This document shows positions 45,250-64,000 of a stretch of DNA of 64,000 nt, one piece after another. The number at the start of each line of letters is the position of its first letter. Positions within the stretch are counted from its first letter, which is position 1. Made by a program: the position numbers and the translations under genes. The DNA lies in NCBI RefSeq assembly GCF_009914755.1, contig NC_060929.1, one strand, 5' to 3'. The notes under the pieces were generated by a model, which ran no database searches, was not told the DNA's origin, and was given only the letters and a program-made list of their open reading frames with translations. The stretch comes from the human T2T-CHM13v2.0 reference genome, Homo sapiens.

Positions 45250-46554
45250 CTATAAATAAAGATGAAACTGTCAGTTATAAAATATATTGCTATTCAGGTG
45301 GATGAACAGCTCCTTTTAAATAGCAAACGAAATCATGCTCATCTCATTGCATTCCCTTATTTTTTTCAATAGCATGGCACCAACCCAACACCAAGAGCTA
45401 TTACTCAGTTGAACAAGCTTTGAGAGCTCTGTGAAGATTTGATACACAGTATAAGAATCTAAAACATAATATCTAAAGAAGCAAGGAGTGACTAAAAGTC
45501 ATATTTTGGAAGCATATTCAGTGACATATTTATAATATACTATTAAATGAAAAAAAGCAAGCTACTGAACAGTATGAGTGCTTGCTGGGACCAAGTGGTG
45601 GGTATATCATAGTTCACTGTACTGTTTCTGCCTATAACAATGTATGTTTCAAAATTCTCTATAATAAATTGAGATATTTATTTGAATAGTATGATCCCCA
45701 TTTTCTTTAAAAAACAAAAAAGCAGGTATTTCTGGCTGATAAAATGGCTAATATATATTTTTGCCTTTTAAAAGTGTTTTCCAAGTTTTCTACAAATATA
45801 TATTTTTTATATCTAATATTTACAGGGAAAGAAAATATTAATCAAAACAAGAAGGGCTAAATTGATACCAATCTGAGAACAATGAAGAGTAAATGTGTTC
45901 ACATTCCAGTAATTTCCACTAAAAGGTTACAATGTTAGGTAATCCGCTAAAATGTGTGAAAACAAGGAATATGATTAGAATCCTGGATATATACACATGA
46001 ACATACTCTACAATCATCAACTTGATTATGTAAGCAAATATAGTCATATATGCCTTTTACAGAGCATTATAGTAGTGCTTGTTCATCTAAATCTTAGCTC
46101 CAAGAAAAACTGCTCTTACGGAATAGTGTAGATCAGAAATTTTACAATAATAACAAGATAGGATAATTTTCTGCAATTGGTGAACTATGGTACAAAAGCT
46201 ACTCAGCCATGGAAACAAGACAGTGTCACATTAAAAATTCCAAGTGGTATCATAAGAAATAAAGTTCATATTAAGTTTTGGTTTCAGATTCTGAAGTTAA
46301 AATCATTATGCCACAAGAGAAATGACAAACTGAAATTTCATAAAAATGTCAATTCTACTGATAATCCGGTGTCTGGAAACTTTAAGAACATGTTCAGTAG
46401 AAAAGGAATTAAGTTTTTATACTTCCTAATGCAATGTTTTCTTAACCACAACCTCACCAACTGCATTCATCTACTCTCTTGTTTCCACAGCTTAACTACA
46501 GATTCTAGCCGTTGGGGCACACCAACTAGTCTACCCACACAGCACATCGCAAAC

Positions 46555-46638
46555 CTGCAAAGAAAGAGGCGCTCCTGATCAGGCGGAGCGGACCCTGCTC
46601 AGAGAATGCCCGCCTGGGGCTGCAGAACTGTGAAAGAC
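46555..46638 (-). CDS. FNIP1: FNIP1 exon 7, cassette-type exon ([28 protein letters not shown])
   Basis: tgtag|GT acceptor, weak GCAG|gtttgc donor, 84 nt, phase 1-1, in frame with exons 6 and 8. Confidence 0.93.
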
Positions 46639-47469
46639 CTACATGGCAAAAACGTAAAATACACATGAAAGAGGACTGTTAGAGAAGCCACAATGCGTCA
46701 GGGAAAAAAGGTGAGCTAAGGCAGCACAAGAGCAGACCAACAAATATGGATGGAAACTTTTAAACTAAATAAGAATTCAAGCTGTCTTTCCCATTTTTGA
46801 AACAGGATGGTGTTTCTTTAGCCATGATTTATATGAAACAACAACTTCATGTATTTTTACTAATAAATCTATATGTAATAAAAACAAGCTTCTGCTATAT
46901 AAAGTAAAAATTATTTTAAATGTTCAATCCTTTCTAATGTAAAGCAGTATTTTTAAAGATTTGAAAAAGTACGATAATGTTATCTATCTAACCTGATATT
47001 TGCCAAATAAATTCATTTTTTTAAAGTTGTTTGAAGATTATAGTATGTGCCTACAACTGCAGCGAGGAGAAAACCACCTAAGCACTTGGCACACAGCATA
47101 CAACAGGGTGCAAAACCAGAAGAGATCTTACTGACAAATTAAAAATTGGTTTTTCTAACCCAGTTGTAAGTTACAAAGTAATGGAAGAAACCAAGGTTAC
47201 TAAACCAGGAGTCAGCCACTGTGGAAGGAGGAACACAAATGAAGCTCATCAGGGACCAGACTCCCAGCTGTTCAAGAGAAGTGGCTGCCACATGCTTCAT
47301 CAAGAAAAGGTAACTGCAGTCTGAAGACCCAAGAAGGACATTATAGCCTGAAAGCAAGCAGCTGGGTTACCTGTTAGTTATGCTTCATGAAAATAGTCTA
47401 AATAGCCATGAAGGACATTTAACTAGGATGGAATACGGGGCTTTCTGTTTTAAAAAGTGACAATTGCAT

Positions 47470-47772
47470 GTTTCTTCTTTCCTTTTTTGAAACAGAGTTT
47501 TGCTCTGTCATGTAGGCTGGAATGCAATGGCATAATCATAGCTCACTGCAAGCTCGAACTCCTGAGCTCCAGTGATCTTCCCTCCTCAACCCTCCCCATG
47601 AGCCAGGACTACAGGTGCATGCCACCAGGCCCAGCTAATTTTGAGAACTTTTTAGTAGAGACAAAGTCTTGATACATTGCCAAGTTGATCTCAAATTCCT
47701 GGGGTCAAGTGATCCTCCTGCTTTGGCCTCCTAAAGTGTTGAAATTACAGGCATGAGCCACTGTATCCAGCC
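47470..47772 (-). mobile_element. AluJ-like
   Basis: Antisense Alu. Confidence 0.9.
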
Positions 47773-48356
47773 AACTGTAGTTTTCAAATTGCTAACAGAT
47801 ATTATTTTTCTGTAGCAAGAACTTCTATAATTACAGCACATGTACAGCAATCCTTCCATGTCTCAATGGTCAGCTTTTTAATTCGTCCTAGCTTTCTTTC
47901 CCTCGTTACTTTAAAAATTATCTACTTCTTCAAACTCCTTCCCTACCTCTTCTTCTCAGCATAAAACTTTTGTTTCCTAGAGTATGCACATGCATATATG
48001 CACATACACACAGTAGAATTAACCAGATTGGAACCCTTTTTTTTCCTATCACCCTGCTTCAAAACTTACTCTCTCATCCATCCTTGCCTCCTTCCTGCCT
48101 AAGCTGTCATGTTATTCAAGCCTTACAATGTGCTAGTGACTTATTAAAAAATCCTAAGTTCCTTCCTCCCTTCCAAAGTTAACTCTAAGTCAGCTAGGAC
48201 CCCAATCCCCCATTCTTCTTCAAAAACCTCCTTCTATCAATTACTACTTCTAGTCTTTAATTTCATGCTCCTTATAACTTCCTTATTCTGTCAACACTTA
48301 AACACAATCAATTCTCTTCTACCACCCTCCATATATCTAATCCTACAGCAGTTCAG

Positions 48357-48795
48357 CAGTTCTCAAAATGTCATCCAAGGACCCGTTGGGTCCCCGAGAC
48401 TTTCAAGGGGTCTGCGAAGTCCTCCATTTTCCAACTACATATCTGTGTGAGACAGGATTTTCTTGATACACTTCAACGAAAATATCACAAAAGACTGAAT
48501 ACAGACGCAGATATGAGAATTTAGCTGTATCCTCATCCACAAATTAAGGAGATTTGTAAAAATATAAAACAATGCCACTCTTCTTACTAATTTTTTGGAG
48601 GCCTGTAATAACATGAAAGGGGGTATTAGTGTAATTTTTCAAGGATTTACTAAATATTCTTCAATTTTTTGGTTGTAATTTCTAATAAAGTATTTATCAG
48701 TAGTTGTAATCCACATAAACAAAAGTTCTCTGCAGTCCTCAATAATTTCTAAGTGTGTAAAGGGTTCCTAAAACCAAAAAGTTTGAGAACGACTG
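48357..48795. mobile_element. hAT-Charlie element (Charlie4a-like)
   Basis: cagttctcaaa... / ...tttgagaacgactg terminal inverted repeats. Confidence 0.7.
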
Positions 48796-49041
48796 CTTGC
48801 ATCTTGGACAAAAGTCCAAACCCTGAGTCGTCCCATTCTGATGTCTATTCTCCCCACTGAAACTGCTCATCTAGGCCACCAAAAGCCTTCCTGTTGCTTA
48901 ATTTAGTCCATATTATTTTATATTACCTTATAGCAGTAATTGATGCTGATTATATTACACTGTAAACTTTTTTCCCATGTAACACACTCTCTGTATTTTT
49001 CCCCCTCAGTCTTAGTCTGTGTGCCTCTCTTCTCCTACCCC

Positions 49042-49434
<393 letters not shown>

Positions 49435-49971
49435 TTATGTCCTGATGATTCTCAAATCCACAGAAGATACAACTAACTGGTCAACTTCTATTATTTTTAA
49501 ATTATTAAACACTCATCCATTTTTATGTTAAAGAGAATACCCTACAATATACCTATCTAACTAGCTAACAATGGATTTCTTCACTTGGATATTCCAGTAC
49601 TTCCAACTGAACATGCCTAAACCTAAAATCATCAATTCTGATTTCTTCTATTTCCCTTAGTGAATAGCACCAATATACATGCAATTAAACAGCCAGCAAA
49701 GTGCCAAACTTGATTCTTCCTTTTGCCTCACCTCTTCTATTTAATTAGCTAATCTGGTCCACTCTATGTCCCTTAGCGAATTTCTCAACAACTATCCCCA
49801 CTGACACTAATTTACTGTAGGTAACATTATCTGTCATTTGGAGTAACATGATCAGCCTTCTAATAGGGGCCTTTTCTCAATCCCACTTATCTGAATCCAT
49901 TCCTACTGCAGTTAGAATATTCTTCTACAGATACAAATGTAATCTGTGTTGCTATATTCCAAAAATTCCTC

Positions 49972-50429
49972 TGTGGTGACCTCGAGAATATATGTCAAAG
50001 ATCTCCAACTATAAAGAGTATGTTGATTAAGAACACCTGCTGAAATCTATTGCCACATTTGTGCAAGGACACATAGCTGATAGGCTGCTCCCAGCCAATG
50101 GCTGAACACAGTAGGTATACAAAGGCAGGCCCATTTTGGGGAGACATGGGACACTTCTGACAACCAACTTTGACTCAAATACTTCCCAGGGCCTTGCTAA
50201 CCCTCCCTTGAACTGTATAGCGGGCTGAGACACTTCCAGTCAACATTCTACCCCTCTCTCCTTCATTCATGGTCAGACTTACATCACAATTCGATGGGTC
50301 TCTCAGCCTTTCCCAGCATTTTCCTCATTTTCCTTTACATAGTCATTTCCCCTAATACAATTGTTGCATGTTTAATCCTGTCTTTGGCAAACCGTTAAAA
50401 AAAACAGGTAAAGGACCCGAACCAACACA
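49972..50429 (+). mobile_element. ERVL solo LTR (LTR16-like) inside L2 remnants
   Basis: TG...CA termini; ggctgctcccagccaatgg and aggcaggcccattttgggg motifs. Confidence 0.65.
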
Positions 50430-51176
50430 CCTGCACTGGTGCCCAACTACACTACACCAAGCATTAACTCTAAATTCCTCAGTGTGGCCTACAGTGTGTT
50501 TTGTGATCTAGCTTTTGCTCCATTCTTTCTTTTTCATTAACTTTACCCCTACTCTGTGCTCCACACATACTGATTTATTCACATTCTTTCCATACTCTAT
50601 GATCTCTTACCCCTAGGTCTGTGTACGTACCACTGCTTCTTCATAGAACATTTCTTCCCCTAACCATCTGACTAATCCTTCAAGCTTAAGCCTCATGTCC
50701 TCAAGGAAGCCTTCATTGACTCTCCAGGACTGAATTGAGTGCTTCTCCTTATTTTAATCACACACTGCTTTTAACTCTAAGAATTTACTATAGTATACTG
50801 TAATTGTTGTATTACTTTTCTGACTTCCACTCACTATAAATCCATTGAGGCAGGAACTGTGTCTGGTTCACCACTGCATCTTCAGGGCCAAGCAGAGTGC
50901 TTGGTATATTACAGGTGCTCACCACATACTTATTGATTGATTGACTGATTGATTGGAAATTGAAAGAAAATAAGAAATGGTAGACACACACACAAAAAAT
51001 CCTTGATTCACAATTAAAAGAGTGCAAGTAAATGTTGCTCATTATTTAAAGTCAGTAGTATGTAAAATGGATTTTCTACTCTATATTAAAAGTGAAGACA
51101 AGTATATCTAACCTCTATAGTATAATTTACCTTTATAAGTAATAATGGATTTGTGTTGTTAAAATGAATTCCTTTT

Positions 51177-51504
<328 letters not shown>

Positions 51505-52538
51505 TCAACAAGCCCCTTGAGCTTTGAAAAGTATCAAATTATAAAGAAAAGAGATTTCATTATTTCTTTGTCACATTTTTCCTTTATTAAAATCAATGAA
51601 GTAATCAAGCGAGTTAAGAAAATGCAGAACTTCTATTTTTCTATAACACACACACATTATAAAGTATATGCCTAACACTATGACTAGCCCACAGTAATAG
51701 GTGTTTTATAAGTGATTGCTCATTTGAATAAACACAAATTATAAAAAATAAATAATAGGATGTCATACAGTTCAAGTTGGAAGAAAAAACTTTTCTACTA
51801 ATATATAACAAATATTTATTAAAATTAATTATAAATAAAAGTTCTTACTAAACAGAAAATGGAAGAAATATTAATACTATTCTAATTGCTATCCCATTCC
51901 CTTGGCTACTACATAGCTTTTTATGCACCAGAAGTATCGCAATACAGCAGCAGTTCAGTTGAGCTGTCTAGAAAAAATGACCAGAAATTTTAGAAAGTCT
52001 GTCACTTTAAAATGTGGTACTTAAATAACAACAATCAGCTAACCAAAGTACTAAATAAATTGTTATTCTAATAAATCTTTTAAGAAACATCAAATTTGAA
52101 CATCTGCTCATCTGAGTTACAGGTCACAAAAACAAGCATCATTTTAAAATAACTTTTATGGTTATGGAAGACAGAAGGAAGAAGGTGTAATAGTCTTCCT
52201 CAGCTGAAATAGCCAAAAGAACTACTAAGGGCTTTTCTTATCACTGACACCTTTCAAAGATGCATCAAATTTAACAACGAAAAACAATGAAGACAAATTA
52301 GATATATCTACAGCAGTACTCTTTATCAGATACAAAATAAATATTGTGTTCAAATATATGAAAAATATGTTTTCCAAATAAATGTTATACATACTGGCAA
52401 TTTAAATGCCTCTTCCACTTACAGTATTTGAAATTCTTTGTTATCATGACAGATCTGCATTATTAAGGAATAACTTCAAAAAACACTTGTTACCCTGCTA
52501 GTATTTTTTAAACTTATAAAATCAAAGGAACCATTTAC

Positions 52539-52630
52539 CTATATTTCCAAGCAGTCCATTAATAACTGTGTTATTATCAGCCTTTAATGTATTGTTGTCC
52601 TGATTGATGAATTCAAGACTATCTTGTAGC
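52539..52630 (-). CDS. FNIP1: FNIP1 exon 6 ([30 protein letters not shown])
   Basis: catag|G acceptor, ATAG|gtaaat donor, 92 nt. Confidence 0.96.
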
Positions 52631-52771
52631 CTATGGAGGGTGAGAAGAAAATTAATTCCAAATTCATTTTATGGTTTAAGGACAATTCTTTGTACATCCT
52701 GATGAAATTTTAAGTGCAAAAACAGTTTCTTCCTATTAGCATTACAAATTAACTAACATAATCATTTAAAT

Positions 52772-53445
52772 CAGAGGTTGGTAAACTATAGCCTGGAGTG
52801 CCAGATCTAGTCTGCTGCCTCTTTTTGTAAATAAAGTTTTATTGGAACACAGCCATGCCCATTCATTTATATACTGTGTATGAATGCTTTGATGCTGCAA
52901 CAGCAGAGCTGAGAAACTACAACCCATTGTCTGGCTCACAAAGCCAAAAAAATATATATATATATTTTTTTATTATTATATTTTAAGTTTTAGGGTACAT
53001 GTGCACAATGTGCAGGTTTGTTACATATGTATACATGTCCCATGTTGGTGTGCTGCACCCATTAACTTGTCATTTACATTAGGTATATCTCCTAATGCTA
53101 TCCCTCCCCCCTCACCCCACCCCACGACAGGCCCCAGTGTGTGATGTCCCCCTTCCTGTGTCCATGTGTTCTCATTGTTCAACTCCCATCTATGAGTGAG
53201 AACATGTGGTGTTTGGTTTTTTGTCCTTGTGATAGTTTGCTGAGAATGACGGTTTCCAGCTTCATCCGTGTCCCTACAAAGGACATGAACTCATCCTTTT
53301 TTATGGCTGCATAGTAGTCCATGGTGTATATGCGCCACATTTTCTTAATCCAGTCTATCACTGTTGGACATTTGGGTTGGTTCCAAGTCTTTGCGCCAAA
53401 AAATATTTACTATCTGGATCTTTAAAGTAGAAGTTGCTGAACCTG
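52772..53445. mobile_element. MER58A-like element split by an L1PA insertion
   Basis: cagaggttggtaaacta...gtaaataaagttttattggaacacagcca; resumes at aaatatttactatctgg. Confidence 0.8.
52957..53394 (-). mobile_element. 5'-truncated primate L1PA 3' end with TSD gccaaaaaa(a)tat
   Basis: Well-preserved L1PA 3' UTR and ORF2 C-terminus (MIDWIKKMWRIYTM). Confidence 0.93.
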
Positions 53446-53839
53446 ATTTAGATTACAAACAAGGTTTCCCCTCATATTTTAGACCTAAAAATATTTTCTA
53501 ATTATCTGTTAGGGAGAGGTGGAAGCTAGGAGGAAGAAGAGGAGAATAAATCATTAGGCAAATATCCAAAAACTATCTTTACTGTAATATATTACAAATA
53601 ACCTATATCACTTCTTTTAGTGTCTCTTTCAGGATAAGAAAAATAAAAGTACTTTATGCTTTTAGTGCAAAATATCCTTTCTAGAGATTTTAGGAATTAT
53701 CAGAACTTAGAAAAGGTGAAAAAACTCTGGTGATTATGGCTAACATCAGTGATTCCAACATGGAATCTTTAATTTCTACTTTAGTAGATCTCTAATTTCT
53801 ACTTTTAAAAATCAGTATTTTTGGCTTCAATATTTTTTA

Positions 53840-54177
<338 letters not shown>

Positions 54178-54958
54178 GACTACCTCCCACTTTCCTTCCA
54201 AAGAGTTACAGGTATTAGAAACTTAGCTAATAAAACTCTTCCAAACAGGTCTTTTTAAGGCATTAACAATTAATGGGGGCTCTACAGAATTTCTGTAGTC
54301 TGGAGTAGCTTCCTTGCTGCCTTTGACCTTGGGTTACCCCCAGGGGCTCTGACTAGCCAATGAGTCTTGCTCTGATATGGCACCTGCAAAATCTCTCTCT
54401 GGGGTCTTCCACTGCCTAACTTTAGCCCCAGTAATTTACTAGGTTCTGGCACATGGCCCATGATCCTGACACCAGGCCTGCCTTTGTTTCAGCTTCACTA
54501 TTCTAATCTTTGCATTAATAGCTTGTAATACCCTGGTGGCTATCATTATATAGTGTATATGTGCAATATCAGTATGGCTGACCTAGGTCAGTCCTGTCTT
54601 TAGGGTTAATTTCGTAGGGGATCTGAAAATTGAAGAGCACCAACCCTACAGATTGTGGTAACTCAGGTAACTCAGCGTGGTACCGCAAAACTGAAAAATC
54701 AGCATGTTGCCCTAAGACGGAAATCCATTCAACATTCTACTTCCAGATACTGCTTCTAGCAATTCACAGAAACAGAAACCACATCTCATGTTTCTCAACT
54801 AAACTCAATTAAGAGTGAAATCTGGCTTCCATGAACTTTTAAACTTAAGGAAAGACAGAAAATCTGAACTTGTGCTGCAGTCCTAAAAGCAGTTGGTTAG
54901 TTTTCATACTTTGCACATCTAAAGTGATACATTTCCCCCTGTATCCATAAGCACTTAC

Positions 54959-55033
54959 GTATTGAGACTCCCACAAATACTGCTGCCAGTCCGAGCAGTA
55001 AACACTTTGCTGAGCATGAGCTGTGGAGGGGAA
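54959..55033 (-). CDS. FNIP1: FNIP1 exon 5 ([25 protein letters not shown])
   Basis: Long polypyrimidine tract then catag|T, AC|gtaag donor, 75 nt, phase 2-2. Confidence 0.96.
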
Positions 55034-55289
55034 CTATGAAGAAAAAGAGAAAGAGAGAGACCAAAACTAAAATATAATGACCTTTTGGATTTATTATAAA
55101 TAAAAATGTGTAAGTCACAGAGGTTTCACAGCATAGCTGCAAGAGCCATGAAGTAGCATTAAAACCATAGAACATGTTAAATGGAGTATGACAAGCTCAA
55201 TCTGAGTGAAGATCATATAAAATTCTCTCTAAAAAAACGAAAATATCTAAAAATGGGACTCGTTAAAAAAAAATCAGAAAACCTCTCAC

Positions 55290-55390
55290 CGAATCTGATG
55301 AATTTTTAAGGTGGATCCTTTGTAGCTCATTGCTACTGAGCCAAACATCATCTCTCCAAGCATATTGGCATCAGAAGAGCACCGAGAACC
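55290..55390 (-). CDS. FNIP1: FNIP1 exon 4 ([34 protein letters not shown]), longin-domain region
   Basis: tttag|GGT acceptor, CG|gtgag donor, 101 nt. Confidence 0.96.
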
Positions 55391-55885
55391 CTAAACAATA
55401 ACCACATATTAACAAACTGTGTTAATTAAAAGCTTATGACTATTTCATATGTTGATTTTTATTAAAAATTCTTGATATAGTTATTCTACATTAAGAGTTG
55501 TACTTCTACACTGTATACGCTGTTCTGCAACTCGATTTTCTTCCTTTTAAAATGTTTTCTTGATGTAACCATGTTGTTACACATAAATTTGACTAATTCC
55601 TTTTAAGAGCTGTACAATATTTTATTGTATGAAAATACTACAGTTTGTCAGACCAGTTCCCTTTACTCACGGGCATTTAAGTCACTTCCAGATTTTTGCT
55701 ATTACCAATAATGCAAAAGCAGGCATTCTTAACCACATCTTATGCATATGCAATGTTTCTCCAGGATAGATAATAAGTGAAATTCAAAGAATATGCAGAA
55801 TAATTTTTACTACTCCTGTTGTATAGAAGAAGCATCCATAAATGGGGCAATTTATATCTATTTTGTATTTCTGTAAAGACATATC

Positions 55886-57466
55886 TGTGATCTACAGTTT
55901 CAATACTATGCCTATGAAAATCCTAATGGCATTTTTTACAAAAACAGAAAAACATATTAAAATTCACATGAAACCACAGAAGACCACAACCTTCTTCTTC
56001 AAGAAGCAGCAGCCAAATCAACCTTGAAAAAGAACAAAGCTGGTGGGCATTACACTTCCTGATTTCAAATTATACTACAAAGCTACAGTAGTGAAAACAG
56101 TAAGGTACTGACATTAAGACAGACATATAGACCAATGGAACAGAACAAACAGCCCAGAAATAAACCTACATGTATACAGTCAACTTATCTTCAAGAAGGG
56201 TGCTAAGAATACACAATGGGGACAGGATAGTCTCCTTAACAAATGCTTCTTGGAAAACTGGATATCCACATGCGAAAGAATAAAACTGGTGTCCTATATC
56301 ATGCACAAAAATCAACTGAATATAGATTAAAGGCTTACATGTATGACCTGAAACTGTAAAACTCCCAGAAGAAAACAGGAGAAAAGCTTGATGACATTGG
56401 TCTTAGCAATAATTTCACAGATATGACACCCAAAGCACAGGTAACAACAGCAAAAACAGACAAGTGGGACTACATCAAACTAAAATGTTTCTGCACAGCA
56501 AAGAAAATAATCAAGAGGGCAAAAAGATAAAATATGGAATGGGAAAAGATAAAATATGGAATGGGAAAAAATACTTGCAAACCATGTATCTGATAAGGGA
56601 TTTGGCTTCAAAATGTACCAGAAACCCCTACAACTCTATAGTAAAAACTAATAACGCAATTAAGGTCTTGAATAAACATTTCTCCAAAGAATTCATACAA
56701 ATGACCAACTGATACAGGAGAAACGCTCAACATTTCTAATCAGAGAAATGTAAATCAAAACCACAAAACCTGTCAGGTTGGCTATAATCAAAAAAGCAAA
56801 GACAACAAGTGGTGAGGATGTGGGAAAACTGGAGCCCTTGCACATTGTTGTAGGAATGCAAAATGGTATTGTACTTATGGAAAACAACATGGCAAGTCCT
56901 CCAAAAATTAAAAATAGAACTACCATGTGATCTGGCAATTCCACTTCTGGGCATTTTTCCAAAATAATTAAAATCAGGATCTCAAAGAGATGTTAGCACT
57001 CCTATATTCATTACAGCACTATTCACAATAGCCAAGATGTGAAAATAACCCTAAATGTCCACTGACAGATGCATGGATAAATGAAATACAATAAATACAT
57101 AGAATGAAACACTATTCAGTTTTCAAAAAGAAGAAAATTCTGCAACACGCAACACGGATGAATCTTAAGGACGTTAGGCTAAATGAAATAAGCCAGTCAC
57201 AAAGAGATAAATACTGCATGATAAGATAAATACTCCACTTATATGAGGTATTTAAAATAGCCAAATTTACAGAATCAAAGAGTAGAATGGTAGTTACCAG
57301 GGGCTGGGGTGAGGGGGAAATGGGGAGTTACTAATCAATGGCATTAAATTTCAGTCAAGCAATTTGAATAAGCTCTAGAAATCTATAGTGTAACACTGTA
57401 CATGTAGAAAACAATTCATTGTACACTTAAAAATTTAAGAGGGTAGATCTCATGTTCTTCCCACAA
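55886..57466 (+). mobile_element. L1MA-like ORF2 3' part and 3' UTR
   Basis: cttcctgatttcaaattatactacaaagctacagta and gaccaatggaacagaa motifs. Confidence 0.85.
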
Positions 57467-57490
57467 TTTTTTTTTTAAAGACTTCCTTGA

Positions 57491-57814
<324 letters not shown>

Positions 57815-58668
57815 TTATTCTCTTTCATTATTCTTTGTCTTCACAGGAGTCAGACAATAGTTAAAGATTGAGCTTATCCATTTGGTTACTATTTAGATAT
57901 CATGGCAAATATCACTTTTTACCTACCAAGTATCTATTCTCTAATTCTTCCTCATTTTTTGAAGTCCAGTTTGTTTTAGGGCAGTAATGTGCACAAATGA
58001 AAAAAATTTCATTTCACAGCCTCACTTGAAGATAGGAGATTTAGAATAATTTTTATACTTAAAAGATCAGTGTTATGGTTGAAGTAGCAATTTTCAGAAC
58101 TATTCATTTACATGCATTTGACACAGGCCTGGTCAGTAAGATGTAAATGGAAGTCACTACAGATGGAGATGTCATATTATAACAACAATGCAACAAGTAC
58201 ACACTAACTCTAAGTAGAAAGATAAGGGAACCATGGTCTCTGAGGGTATCTGGAAGCCCAGTATCATACCTAGATAGTACACTTTTAGGGTTATCATGTA
58301 TGTCAGCAACGCAACCCCTAATTTGTTTAAGCCACTGTTTAGAGAGTGTCCCAATACCATTCTTAACTGATGCAATTATATAAAATCAAAAAATAAATGG
58401 TTTCTAAAATATTTAGGAAAATTCTAATAACCATAAAGTGAAGAGAATCCCCATTTTACAACTGGAGACCAGGATATACAGCTGCACACTGTTTTTCGTT
58501 TTATCATGTGACTCTTTTACTCCTTTATCTCTTTACTACCTATCTTAAATTGTCCTATTATTAGGGTTAAGATAATCCACGTTTAAATATTTGTACTTTT
58601 CTTTAAAAAGACACCTTCAAGTAGCAACACATTTTTTAATACATGGCTATTTTTATATCAGTTTCACA

Positions 58669-58955
<287 letters not shown>

Positions 58956-59689
58956 CCACAAAGTTAATTTTTAAGAAAAAAGTCATTTCTGTCATACCTA
59001 GGTTACTAATATACAAAGCAACTAATTTATTCTTGAGATTTGGTTAAGATCAAATTTTTATTTTAAGACATAGAGGCTTGGGTACTGAGAACAACATTTC
59101 AGAAAAGGAGCAGAAAATTTTTTTAATGATAAAATAGCTATTTAAAAAATCAATGCCAGTATTACTTGGCAACCTAAATTACTTCTGGCTAATGATAGAC
59201 ATGGCAGCCTTCCCTTATAAGCTCATTTTTACCATAATGTGTCTAACTCCATTGTTATTTTGACTGAATTTCTTATTTCTTGTATTAAGCAAGCTATACA
59301 AATTTAAATACCAAGGCATTTATTTATAGATTTTACTATTATACAAATAAAATAATCCCCAGAAAGCAAAATACAGTAAAAATATTAATAAATTGCTATG
59401 TGAATTTTATGACACCATATAGTTTACTACTAAGGTTCTCTTTGTCTGTTCTAACATATACTAAATAGTTACCATGAATGTGACTGGCAAGGTATGTATT
59501 TTAATGTGACATAATCTACAATGAAGCTTATAATTAAAAGGATGCTATTATCATTATTGTCTATTTTAAAATGCCTTATTTAAAAGGTCTATTCTAAGTA
59601 CTCATTCCTGGAAGCTAATAATCTGTTAAACCCTGTGTAACTCAAAGACAATGTTCCACTTACCTGAAATTATATACATTTAAAAAAAA

Positions 59690-64000
<4,311 letters not shown>

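Noticed and set aside
46177-46578. 133-aa + strand ORF overlapping exon 7 antisense
   Set aside because: Non-ATG start, AT-rich composition and no recognisable homology.

Overview
Human/primate genomic DNA covering the middle of FNIP1 (folliculin-interacting protein 1) on the minus strand. Twelve coding exons (numbered 4-15 from recalled FNIP1 structure, about aa 119-1036) are recoverable with canonical GT-AG sites and matching phases. They include a 1420-nt internal exon 14 and an 84-nt frame-symmetric exon 7. The introns are packed with repeats: about 35 Alus, a near full-length ancient L1MC, an L1PA running off the right end, THE1/MST and LTR16-like solo LTRs, and MER1/MER2/MER3/MER58/MER82/Charlie DNA transposons. 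I found no prokaryote-type system, RNA gene or CRISPR array, and no clearly new multi-gene system. The most interesting signals are: (1) a cassette exon carrying three AMPK phosphosites behind a weak donor and a UGG-rich intron; (2) an intronic polyadenylation signal set right after exon 13 that would give a 508-aa truncated FNIP1; (3) a 30-nt copy of exon 14 in intron 13 that ends exactly at the codon-648 variant; (4) a tail-less Alu with a perfect TSD. Repeat subfamily names are by-eye assignments and their boundaries are approximate.
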